From the NCBI GenBank assembly GCA_040397545.1, contig JBBAVV010000003.1:68321-132320 (forward strand): a stretch of 64,000 bases of DNA, written 5' to 3'. Below, piece after piece: positions 10,001 to 19,700 of this stretch (position 1 is its first letter; the number at the start of each line of letters is the position of its first letter). The translations under genes were made by a program, and so were the position numbers. The stretch is from Pirellulales bacterium (GTDB taxonomy: Bacteria; Planctomycetota; Planctomycetia; Pirellulales; UBA1268). Below the pieces are notes generated by a model. The model ran no database searches. It saw only the letters and a program-made list of their open reading frames with translations, and had not been told where the DNA came from.

Positions 10001-11426
10001 TCCCGGCGGGCAGTTGTGCCGCCAATTCCTCGGCGATCTGCAGTGCCTCCCGCCAGCGTTGGCTCTGCTCGAAGACGATCATTTCGGAGTATCGCGCGCC
10101 GGCCGATTCGGGTGCGTCGGCGAAGGCGCGCTTGCGGGCATCGTTGGCCTGATCGCGCTGGCCGAGCGCGCCGTAGCACGTCGCCACAAACGTCTCGACG
10201 CGCCGGGTGACCGCCGAATCGGCCGCGACCTGGGCCCTGACGCGCTCCCAGAGCTGAAGCGCCTCGAGCCAGCGCTGCTCCGCCATCGCCACCACCGCCT
10301 CGGCCCAGAGGATCGGCACCGCATCCTTGCCGAGGATCGGTAGCGATTCGGCGAGGAGCGGGCGGAGCTCGTCGATCCGCCGGAGATCGGCAAGACCGAG
10401 GAGGAGCTCGACCCGGTAGACGGCGTTGGCGGGATTCGAGGCATAGGCGTCGCGGTAGATTGCGATCACGCCTTCCCTGTCCCCTCGCTGGCCAGCGAGG
10501 AAGGCCTTCGCGGCGACGAGTGGTTCAGAATCGGGGGCATCGTGGAGCGGCCCGGCGAGGAGCTCCTCGACCCGGTCGTAACGCTTTCCGACCATCGCCA
10601 CCTGAAGCTCGAAGAGGGCCACCTCCTGGTCGTCGGGGGCGAGCGCTCGGGCCTTCTCCACCGCCTTGGCGGCTGCGTCGACCTGCCCATGACCCATCTG
10701 CCAGGCGGCCATGAGCTTCCAGGTTGCCACGTCGTGGGGCGCCAGTTCGACCATCCGCTCCACGATCCGTTCAGCTGTCTTCGGATCGCGCCGATGCTTC
10801 TCGAGAATCCCTGCCAGGTTGGAGAAGGCCTCGGGATGGCCGGGGGCCGGCGTGAAGGCGGGGTCGAATTGTTTCGAGCGTTGGTCGAAGCCGGTGATTG
10901 GGGCGAGGACCGCCTCGGCCTCGTCGAACTTCCCGGTCCGCGCTGCCATCGCCGCATAAAGCAGGTCGACGCGAATGGTGTCGTCGTTGGTCTCGCCAGC
11001 GGTGCGCCGGTCACGGATCATGGCGAAGTGGTCGCGGGCGGAGTCGGCGTCTCCCGTCCGGGCGAGCAGCGTTGCCAGTTTTTCGCGGAGGTCGTCTTCC
11101 TCAGGGTTTCTCCTGACGCTCACTTCGAGGGCCGCGAGCGTCGCGCCGACGGTGCGGGGAGTGGCCTTGCCCGAATCGACCTGGCGGAGGAGGACTTGCG
11201 CGTACTCGCGCTGCCGCGGGGCGTCGTCAGGCCGGAGGGCGACGTATCGCCCCAGAAGCCGGATCGCCTCTTCGTCGTTCCCCTCGTCAATTTGGCGTTT
11301 GGCCTGACGGGCCATGTCCTCGGCGTTGCGCCGCACTTGGAAGCGATGGAGCAGATACGTTCCTGCCACGCCGCCAAGGAGGAGAAGAGCGATGCCGATC
11401 ATGAGCGGCACGTTAACGCGTCGCAT
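7098..11426 (-). CDS. large TPR-repeat protein with a single N-terminal membrane anchor
   Basis: MRRVNVPLMIGIALLLLGGVAGTYLL is a TM anchor. It is followed by ~1400 aa of Ala/Leu/Arg-rich helical repeats with a TPR-like periodicity. Confidence 0.8.
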   Translation of the reverse strand: MRRVNVPLMIGIALLLLGGVAGTYLLHRFQVRRNAEDMARQAKRQIDEGNDEEAIRLLGRYVALRPDDAPRQREYAQVLLRQVDSGKATPRTVGATLAALEVSVRRNPEEDDLREKLATLLARTGDADSARDHFAMIRDRRTAGETNDDTIRVDLLYAAMAARTGKFDEAEAVLAPITGFDQRSKQFDPAFTPAPGHPEAFSNLAGILEKHRRDPKTAERIVERMVELAPHDVATWKLMAAWQMGHGQVDAAAKAVEKARALAPDDQEVALFELQVAMVGKRYDRVEELLAGPLHDAPDSEPLVAAKAFLAGQRGDREGVIAIYRDAYASNPANAVYRVELLLGLADLRRIDELRPLLAESLPILGKDAVPILWAEAVVAMAEQRWLEALQLWERVRAQVAADSAVTRRVETFVATCYGALGQRDQANDARKRAFADAPESAGARYSEMIVFEQSQRWREALQIAEELAAQLPAGTLADNPPLWKPLLRLRIRDQVTRDEPLRKWDKVEALVDTIAAKPDVDPNEIERMRVDVLAAKGKLDEALAASETLIAEHPDNSSLFAQNLLLVVAAGRVDEARARLAGAADSLRDTAEVLEAEARLAATAPAADAAGWLTDLEARMGRVNGPAADQCARQMIAIHIGRGNVTDAERLAKKILARQPKDLAIRQVVLEIAAERDAVDEVAREAAEINRISGPTTASARLATAVSRIVGVRAERQKMSFEETPTVALKPEDRVILEEARGLLVQAGEERPRWSEVPRMLAAIAELQGDPSAAIGHLRSAVGLGETLPFARRRLAILLSVAGRLDEAAPVIASLGDAGGPAIDRIRAQVLAGAGRTDIALQIGATLTPDDCRDPQQLVWYARFLANCGRSEEAEAVCRRATDAAPTDANTWLTLVRLQAAAGGVERATETASLALSKLEGPSRERFEAAVDETIGSPEATERAAREAVEKAPEDLVAARHLVDLLLRRNRPAEAGAELRRIIGLESAPGTPTVAWARRVLASQLASSPRYVDLQQAIEILGKNVDEAGLQYSEDIALSISFLIGRSDPASWRRAQSLFETLAKRRPLTVDERISLARIQSLVGNRTKARDDLRAIAISTETSTAVVSSIVELLTNDRDFTEANSWLRRLKELSPDLLTTVSLEAKLALAEGERDRAARVVAKLFDDQTLTAQNAPRQLSAARVAADLGFPEAADGMLERYASMSPQGVAMRAMSVGRQHRTTEAVEMLETIRGKVSPTMYLEALAVILRHAQTACDPAIEDLVAGSIEAIQRENPGSPEIALQAAIAKEALGRIAEAEQDYRQLLATEGLGDVQAGIVAANLAWILARPETADEALELVERAIRELGPLPDILDTRALIRLAKGQTILALEDMNDAVLSPSPLKLLHLATIQAELTDLKAASDSLAQAKALGLGRERLTPDDATRQERVESFLASADGKS

Positions 11427-13281
11427 GGCGGGGCCTGTTGGGGCTGGGGAGTGGGGAGTGGGGAGTGGGGAGAGCCGATGGGGATGCGACCGGGGGCCGA
11501 TTCGATTCTACTGGCTGCGGATGCCCGTGCACCCGTCCGCCGCCACCCCGCCGAACCATAGCCCGCGCGGGGGCTGGCGAGCCGGCGAGCTGGCGAGCTG
11601 GCGATGAGGGGACCATCCAGGCCAACGGGCCGGTCTGGAGCCAGACGAGCAGCCCGACAAGCACCGCGAGGGCGAGGCTGTGAGGGAAGACCCGCCGCAG
11701 GATCGCCCCCTCCTGGCGATCGATGCCGGTGGCGGTGGCGGCGACGACGATGCTCTGGGCGTCGATCATCTTCCCCATCACGCCACCGGTGCTGTTGGCC
11801 GTGCAAATCAGGAGCGGATCGAGGCCGAGTTGCCCGGCAGTGACGCGCTGGAGGCTGCCGAACATCGCGTTGCTCGAGGTATCAGAGCCGGTGAGGGCCA
11901 CTCCAAGCCAGCCGAGGAGCGCCGCGAACAATGGGTAGGCGGGGCCGGTCCGCGTCATGGCCAGGCCGAGGATCACGTCGGTCCCCGAGTAGCGCGTGAC
12001 GAAGGCCAGCGCCAGCATCGCGGCGATCGTCACCAGGGGAACGGCGAGCCGGGAGAGATTCTCCCCCCAGATCCGCCAGGCCCGCCGCGGAGCGATTCCC
12101 AGCCAGGGAATGGCGACCAGGGCCGCCAGGAGGATGCCGGTGCCGGCGGCGGAGAGCCAGTTGAGCCGGTAGACGGCACGCTCGAGCTCGCGGTCGAGGT
12201 GGGTCGCGGGCGCGACCTTCGCGACCGCCTCATGAAGGCGGGGCACGGGGAACTCCGGCGCCACGATCGCGATCGGTACGACGTCCGCCATCGCGCTTCC
12301 CGGCCGGGCCTCGAGCGCGGCTTTCACCGCCGGCAACCCCCAGGCGAACACCGAGAGCGAGAGAAACACCCACGGCATCCAAGCCCACACGATCCTGACC
12401 GGAGGATCGAGCGCCGCGGGGCCGGTTGCCGCGGAGGGCATCTCCGCCGCGCCGTAGCGCCAGCAATCCCTCGGCTGCCAGACCCGCATGAACGCCGCCA
12501 GGCAGGCGAGGCTCACGAGCCCACCGACGACGTCGACCAGCGCCGGGCCGACGAGATTCGCCACGCCCGCCTGCACCAGCGCGAACGAGGCCCCGCAGAC
12601 GAGGACCGCCGGCCAGACGCCGACGAGCCCCTTCCAGCCCGCCATCGTCACCACCATCCAGGCCGGGACGATGAGGGAGAAGAAGGGGAGCTGCCGCCCC
12701 GCCATCGCCGAGATTGCCTGCTCCTCGAGGCCGGTGACCTTGGCGAGGGTGATGATCGGGGTTCCCAGGGCCCCGAACGCGACCGGTGCGGTGTTGGCGA
12801 TGAGCGCCAGACAAGCCGCCTCGAAGGCGGGGAATCCGGCGCCGGTGAGGAGCGCCGCCGAGATCGCCACCGGTGCGCCGAAGCCGGCAGCTCCCTCGAG
12901 AAACGCGCCGAAGGCGAAAGCGATGAGGAGCGCTTGGATGCGGTGATCGGCGGAGAGCCGGGTCACCGAACGCTTCATGACGTCGAGGGCGCCAGCCTCG
13001 ACCGACAGACTGTAGAGAAACATCGCCGTGACGATGATCCAACCGATCGGGAAGAGCCCGAAGCAGGCGCCGTAGAGCGTGGCCGCCGCCGCGGCATCCA
13101 GCGGCATGCCGACGACGCCGACGGCCACGCCGAGGGCCGTGAGAAGACCGGCCAGCGCCGCGCGCTGCGCCGACCACCCGCAGCCGGCGAGCAATCCCAG
13201 CAGCACCACCAGCGGCAGCATCGCCACGAGCGTGGAGAGGAGCGGGGAACCGAGCGGATCGTAGACATGATCCCAGACCAC
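11413..13281 (-). CDS. lctP: L-lactate permease (LctP family)
   Basis: WDHVYDPLGSPLLSTLVAMLPLVVLL..FGLFPIGWIIVTAMFLY..AFAFGAFLEGAAGFGAPVAISAALL..ANTAPVAFGALGTPI are hallmark LctP segments. Start proposed at the GTG at 13281, just after the DUF202 stop. The ~65-aa low-complexity C-terminal tail is doubtful (see findings). Confidence 0.85.
   Translation of the reverse strand: MVWDHVYDPLGSPLLSTLVAMLPLVVLLGLLAGCGWSAQRAALAGLLTALGVAVGVVGMPLDAAAAATLYGACFGLFPIGWIIVTAMFLYSLSVEAGALDVMKRSVTRLSADHRIQALLIAFAFGAFLEGAAGFGAPVAISAALLTGAGFPAFEAACLALIANTAPVAFGALGTPIITLAKVTGLEEQAISAMAGRQLPFFSLIVPAWMVVTMAGWKGLVGVWPAVLVCGASFALVQAGVANLVGPALVDVVGGLVSLACLAAFMRVWQPRDCWRYGAAEMPSAATGPAALDPPVRIVWAWMPWVFLSLSVFAWGLPAVKAALEARPGSAMADVVPIAIVAPEFPVPRLHEAVAKVAPATHLDRELERAVYRLNWLSAAGTGILLAALVAIPWLGIAPRRAWRIWGENLSRLAVPLVTIAAMLALAFVTRYSGTDVILGLAMTRTGPAYPLFAALLGWLGVALTGSDTSSNAMFGSLQRVTAGQLGLDPLLICTANSTGGVMGKMIDAQSIVVAATATGIDRQEGAILRRVFPHSLALAVLVGLLVWLQTGPLAWMVPSSPARQLAGSPAPARAMVRRGGGGRVHGHPQPVESNRPPVASPSALPTPHSPLPSPNRPRHATR
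11446..11473 (+). repeat. (GGGGAGT)x4 tandem repeat; G-quadruplex motif
   Basis: GGGGAGT GGGGAGT GGGGAGT GGGGAGA lies 20-47 nt upstream of the minus-strand TPR start codon (11426), on the opposite strand. Confidence 0.9.
11576..11604. repeat. 8-bp tandem repeat (GGCGAGCY)x3.5
   Basis: ggcgagcc ggcgagct ggcgagct ggcgatga. The unit length is not a multiple of three. Confidence 0.85.
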
Positions 13282-13298
13282 AGGCGGCTCCTCGGAGC

Positions 13299-13718
13299 TC
13301 AGAAGGCGACGAGCATCGCGGCCAGACCGGCGATCCCCACGACGACGAGCCCGGCACCGAGCCAGCGCGCAATCGGCGGGCGTTCGGAATAGCGGTAATC
13401 GTCTTGGGAGACCGCCCGAAGAACGAGCCGGTGCTCCCACATCCCGGCGAGCGTCGCCACGATCCCCAGGGCCATGAGCGTCGCCCCGTAGAACCGTGTC
13501 TTGAGAGGCGAGAATCCGCCGCCGTCGAGGCTCATCGCCGCCTGACCGAAGCGCTCGATGCCGAAGCCGAGGCTGACCATCGCCAGGCTCGTGCGGATCC
13601 AGGCGAGTAAGGTGCGATCAGCCGCCTCGCGATTGCGCTCGCGGGCCAGTTCAGCGCTCACTGCCGCGCTATTCTCGTCGCGGTGGGGCCAGTGCTGCGG
13701 TGGTGGTGGGTTGCTCAT
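13299..13718 (-). CDS. DUF202 (YidH-like) membrane protein
   Basis: From MSNPPPPQHW..ELARERNREAADRTLLAWIRTSLAMVSLGFGIERF, followed by two further TM helices. This matches the DUF202 signature ANERT(F)LAW(I/L)RT. Confidence 0.75.
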   Translation of the reverse strand: MSNPPPPQHWPHRDENSAAVSAELARERNREAADRTLLAWIRTSLAMVSLGFGIERFGQAAMSLDGGGFSPLKTRFYGATLMALGIVATLAGMWEHRLVLRAVSQDDYRYSERPPIARWLGAGLVVVGIAGLAAMLVAF

Positions 13719-13743
13719 GGCCGGGAGGATACCACGCCACCGC

Positions 13744-16700
13744 TCACTCCACTTCCAAGCCGATAGAACCAGAGTGGGCGGAGAACTCCGGCGCATAGCG
13801 GCTGCGGATCGAAGCAAACCCGCTCGAGGCGCTGCCCCGGTGCGCCACCCGCAGCGAATACTCAAAGACGTGTGTCCCGCGAGGCAGCCGCTCGAAGAAC
13901 AGCTGCGTCGAGGCGTCGCGGACGGCCAGATACCAGCCGGCCCCGTCGGCCCAGCGCCACCCCGAGAGAACGTCGACCGGCTCGGTGAGGCTCGGGCGGT
14001 GGTCGGAGAGCTCGAGAAACTCGTAATCGCGGTCGCTGGTCACGACGAGCCGCACGACGAGCTCATCCCCCACCTCCACCCGCGTCGTGCCATCCTCGGC
14101 TGCGGCCACGAGCTCCGGCCCGGCCTTCGTCTGCCGCTTCACAAACACCTGCTTGTCGATCGCCAGCTCCGCTCTGCCCACTGCCGGGACATTGGCGATG
14201 TCGTCGAGATACTGCCAGTGGACGCCACCGAAGGCGAGCCCCTTCTCCTTTCGCGCGAGCGTGATCGTCCCCATCCGCGGCTCGATCTCACGGCGCGTGA
14301 AGCGCGTCTCGATGAATCCCGTGCCCGCCTCGGCGCGGGGCGCGCCGTCTTTCCCCGGCTCGATCTTCTCGCCACCGACGTCGACGGTCACCAGCTCCGT
14401 CGAAGCGAGGAGATCCGCGCCGCGGCCGAGGAGCGCGCCGACGGCGTCGGCCGTGGCCCGGTTGCCGCGCCACCGGCTCGTGCGCTTCTGCGACAGGAGC
14501 CAGACTTTCAGCGCCTCGACGGCGTCGCGGTCGCCGGCCACCTCGTCGAAGGCCTCGATCATGACTCCTTGAGTCTCGATCGGCGCCGCGGCCCACTGCC
14601 ACCAGGCCGGATGGGGATCGCGCCACCACATCCCCTGCCACGAATCCTTTTCCTCGCCAGGCTTGACGTCGGCATCGACGGCCCGCTCGCGGAGGCTGTC
14701 GATGATCGAGGCGGCCGTCTCGCGATCGCCCGATCGGAACAGCGCGATCGCCACATGCCCCTGCGAGCGGCGGGCGTCGAGCTTCACCCAGGTTTTCCGC
14801 GCGACCTCCCGCCAGAAGTCGATCGCGGCGGCAGCATCCCCCTGCGGCGGCATGTCGGCGGCGAAGAAGCTGCGGGCATAGAGGGCAAGCGCAACAGAAG
14901 AGTCGATCGTCGGCTCCCCCTTTCCTCTTTTTTTCGCTTCATTCCGCCACTCGACAAACTGACCGTCGAGCCAGGGGAGCGTGGCGAGCGCCGGCTGGAT
15001 GTCGAGATCGACCCCGGCGGCCCGGAGCCGGCCGAAGCCCGCGAGGATCGAGAGCGTCACCGGCGTGCAGGTCCGTCCCCCGGGGAACCAGGGCCAGCCG
15101 CCGTCGCCAGCTCGCATTCCTTCGAGGCGCCGCAGCGTCGAAGCCTGCTCATCGGCCGCCCGATTGGGATCGAAGAGGAGTCCGATGCGGTGGCGCGCCT
15201 CGCGCTCGTCGACCGCCTCGCGGACCCACGGCGTCTCGGCGAGGAGCGTCTGCATCAGCTCCGAGTTCTTCTCGAGCGGGCTCTCGAGTGGCTTCTGCCC
15301 CGGGGGGGGATTACGCCACTGTTCGAAGACCGCCGCGATCCGCTCGTCAGAGCGGGCGATGTGGCCAGCCCAGGCGTTGGCGTAGAACCGCGTGAACAGG
15401 GTCTCGACGCTCTCGTCGGTCGGCTCGGCGATCGACGGCAGGGCGAGGACGGCATACCAGGCGGGATTGGATGCCGCCTGGACGACGAGCGACTGGCTAG
15501 CGATCGAGGGATGATCCTTGACGTTTGCGAGGCGATGAATAGTCACCGTTTTCGAGCCGGGGCCGCGGAGTGTGATCGGCACCGACTCGTCGACGAGGAC
15601 GCGCCGGGAGAGGACCGGCAGGAAGGCCTCCTCGCCATCGGCGGCCCGGCCAGCCGAGCCGGTGGCGAGATAGCGCAAGGTCTCGGTGCCATCGGCGACG
15701 CGCACCCGGAAGACCACGGGCTTTGATTGACCGGCGGCAAGCTCAAAGGGCTGCTCGGCTGGTGTCTCCAGAAGGGCCTGGCGGGAGTCGCCGGTGCGGG
15801 CGTCGAAGAGCTCCAGGCGGATGTTTCCGGCGAGCGTGCCGGTCGAGCGATTGCCGACCTTCACCGGGATCTCGACGACGTCCCCTTCGCGGAGGAACCG
15901 TGGCACGACCGGCTCGACCATCAGGTCCTTGGCGGCCACGGCAGTATCGAGGAGCGTGCCGGAGCGGAGGCTCGCATCGTGGGCGAGGGATTTGAACTGC
16001 CAGGTGGTGAGCGTGTCGGGGAGGGTGAACTCGATCGTCACGCTGCCATCGTCGTTGCTTGTCAGGGCCGGCAGAAAGAAGGCCGTCTCGACGAGGTTTT
16101 TCCGCGGTGGCGGCGGCGCGGCGGCAGCCGTGTTGGCCGCTGGCGGTGGGCCTCCCCCGTCGCCCACAGCGGCGAAGTCCATCTCGAGGCCGAGGGCGAC
16201 CGGCGCTCCCTTGGCCATCATCCGGGACGGGGCCGCGTCGGCCATCATCGCGTCGGCCATCATCGGCGCCGCCATCGGCATCCAGCCTCGCATCATCCCC
16301 CGGCGGTTGAAGCCGAAGAACTGCATCGACTGGGGGCCGAACGGATCGCGGAACCGGCGCCAACTGATGTCCACCGGCACCTGCGGCACCACCCAGTTTC
16401 CGACGATCTGCTGGAGGACCTCAGGCCGATTGCTGAACACGGCTACCACCGCCGGAGAAGTCTCACGGCGGAACAGCCCGGAGAGCCCGGGAGGCCAGGC
16501 GAGCGGGGCGAGAGCATCGAGCGACTGGTCGTAGAGGGTCGCCACGATCTCGGCGGGCACCCCCTTCCCTGCCCCGTCGAGGGCGTCGTCGGCCGACTTC
16601 ACGCGGGCGCGCCAGATCTCCTTCGCTCCCGGCTCGACGCGGCGCGTGAATCGCTCCCAGACGATCTCGAGGGTCTTGTTTGTCCAGGGGACGTCGATCA

Positions 16701-19700
16701 CCTGCTCTTTGAGATGGAGCCGGCCGTCGCGCACCATCCAAGCCCGCAGCGTGAAGCCGCCGCGGTGGTCGTCGCCGACCTCGACCCGCACCGGCCATTG
16801 CGTCCGCCCCGGCTCGGTCCAGTGGCGCGTGAGGAGCTTGCCGTCGCGGAGCACTTCCACGAGGACGCGGCCCTGGTCGTAGCCGGTGGCGACGATCGCC
16901 TCGAAGGTGCTGCCCGGTTTGGCGGTCATCGTCGCCGCGGTGAGCATGAGGGGGCGCTTGATCACGGAAGTCGTCGCTTCTGGGTCGACGACTTCGATCG
17001 TGTGGCGGGCCTTCACGTCGGGGGCGCCGTCGGCGCCGGCGACGACAAACTCCGCCCTATAAATGCCGGGCCCCAGCTTGACCTTCGCCACGGCCTTGCC
17101 GGTGACTCCGTCGGTGTCGTCCTCGGCTTTGAAGACCTCCTCGCCGCTCTCCCAGCCCTCGGGATCATTCGGATCGGGGTTGGGGAGCGCGGCCGGGATC
17201 CGCCCCGGCTTGGCTCCACGTTGGCCCCCCGGTGCAGCCCGCCCGGCGGCCCGCGGCCGGACCACAGCGAATGGCTGGAGGAGGTCGCCGCGGAGCGGCT
17301 GCTCGGGCTGGACGAGGCGGCGGATCGTGAGCGTGCCAGTGGCCGCGCGCGGTTCGTCGTCGAGCGACTGCGTCGCGACGGTGAGCGTCACCTCGGCTGG
17401 CGCGCCGTCTGGGCCACTGGCCTGCCAGGCATCGGCCTTCACATCGGCTTGCAGCGGCGCGTAACCGGCGCGGATGGCCCGGTCGGCGGTGCGCGTCTCG
17501 CCCGAGGGATCGGTGACGTCGGCGATCACCCGGTAGGTGAATACCGGCAGGCTGTCGACCGGCACGCCACGGTCGGGCTTCGCCGGAAACTCCACCGTGA
17601 AGTGTCCATCGGCATCGGTCGTGGCGCTGCCCCGCAGAATCCGGGCCGGGCCGCCTTCAAACGGGATCCACGGAAAGAACCAGCGGCACCAGAGAGGAAA
17701 CCGCATCTGTCGCTCGACCCGGTAGCGGACCTTCGCGCCGGCCACCGGCAGGCCGGTGTAGGTCGTGGCGGTGCCGACGAGAGACACGGCCTTGTCGAGG
17801 ACGACGGGATTGCGAGGGACTGCGAGCTCGACTTTGAACTTCGGCCGTTTGTACTCCTCGATGCGAAGTCCGAGGACACCGGTCGTCCCCTCCCCCTCGG
17901 CGACGATCATCCATTGGCCCGGAAGGGCGCCTGAGGGAATGGCAAACTCACCATGGAACGACCCGGTCGCGTTCGACGTCTGCATCTGCCGGGAAAGTTC
18001 GCGGCCATTTGAATCGCGGAAGGTGACGCTCACATCGCGGTCGGCCAGCGCCCGGTAAATGCGATTGGCCCGATCGGCGTGGGCGAGGATCCCCTTGTAG
18101 CGGACGATCTGCCCGGGGCGGTGGATGCCGCGGTCGGCCATGAGGATGAAGCTCGCATGCTGTTGCGGCTGCTCTTGGTGCCAAATCGAGAGCGGGTCGG
18201 AGGCGATCTCGTGAAGGGCACCGTCGAGCGTCGTCGCGAACTGGAGGAGCGTCTCACGCTGTGGCTCGATGGCAAGCTCGTAAAAACCGTCGGCATCGGT
18301 CGTCGTCTTGCCGGCCGGCTCAAACGGCGCGGGATTGCCGGCCTGGGCACGGACGAAGGCTTGCACGCTCACGTCGGCCAGCGGCCTTCCGGAGGCGCTA
18401 TCGACGACATGGCCAGCCAGCGGGCCGCCGGCACCGGTGAAGACGTTCGTGCGCTGAACCACCGCCAGACGCGTCACCCACACAAGCGTCGTGGCCACGA
18501 CGTTGTCGTTGGGGCCGAAGTCTGCGTCGGCGCTCGCGAGCACCCAGTACGCGCCGGGGGGGAGATCCTCGGGCGCCTTGATGTCGTGGGTCTGGTCGCG
18601 GAGGTTGTCCGTGGCGGGGAGGTCGACGGCGAAGGCCTTGAGAGGTTTCGCGGCCACGAGCTTGGCCCGATCACCATCATCGAGCCACTGCCATTGCGGC
18701 TTGCCGGCGCGGAGGCGGGCGAGCCAATCGGCCTTCACGATTCGGATATGGACCTTCGCGAGGTTTTTGGAGCGCGCCCGGATCGTCGGCCAGGGGGCGT
18801 TCCAGGTGCGCTCGGTGAACAGCTCGAGCGATTTGCCGTCGATCTCGGCAACGAGATTTTTGCAGAGCTTGCCCCCGGCGGATTCAGGGTGAGACGCAGC
18901 GCCTGCGGCGGCGATGGCGCGGGCCTTCACCACCGCGTCGTCGTCGTTCATCTGGCGCACGACGCCCGCCAGCCTATGCCGGACCATCGCCGCGACGTCG
19001 TTCTCGCCGCAGTCTTCGAGCAAGGCTTCAAGTGCCTTGGTCGTTCGGGCGTTGCGATCCTCATCGCCGCCGGGGGAGATCGCGCTGGCGCTTGCCCGCT
19101 CGATCCGGTCGAGATCGGCCGCGAGCAGCGCCGTGCGATCGGCGTCGTCGGCGTGAGCCTCGAGAAGGCGGCGGAAGAGCAGCATCTCGCCTAAGAGTGG
19201 TGAATCGGTGTCGGTCGTGGCCTCCTCCGGCCTCCAGGCGAGAAACTCTTGCCGCGTGCCGAGGGGGGGGGAATCGATCTCAAACTCAAACAGATCTTCG
19301 GGATCGGCAAGCCCCCGCACGCCCGACGCGGCGAAGGCGAGGGCGTCGTGCGCGACGACATCCCACACCGTCGGCCGCCAGGCATCGGGCATCCCGCCCT
19401 TCTCGAGGATCTGATTCCACTCGGCCACCGGCATCGCTTGGAGACGCTCGGCCGGATCGAGCGCGGCGGTGAACCGGCGGCGGACTTCGGCGACAACGCG
19501 CGGCAGATCCCAGGAGGCGATGCCCGCGAGCCCCTCGACGGCTTTCCCTTCTTCGTTCACGCCACCGGTCGCGCCGCTTGTCCGCTGCGCGAAGCGCCAT
19601 TGATTGTTCTGGAAAAATCCCCAGGTCCAGTTGGCGAGGATCGCCTCGAGGACCGGCTTCACCTCGTCGGGCGCTCCTTGAAGCGCTGCTTCGAGACGGA

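Noticed and set aside
8476-10343. Plus-strand ORFs of 558 and 600 aa
   Set aside because: They are antisense to the TPR protein gene, with low-complexity Ser/Arg/Ala translations.
13558-17934. Two plus-strand ORFs of 722 and 735 aa (13558-15726 and 15727-17934)
   Set aside because: They are antisense to the alpha-2-macroglobulin gene. The translations are Arg/Gly/Asp/Pro-rich with no domains.
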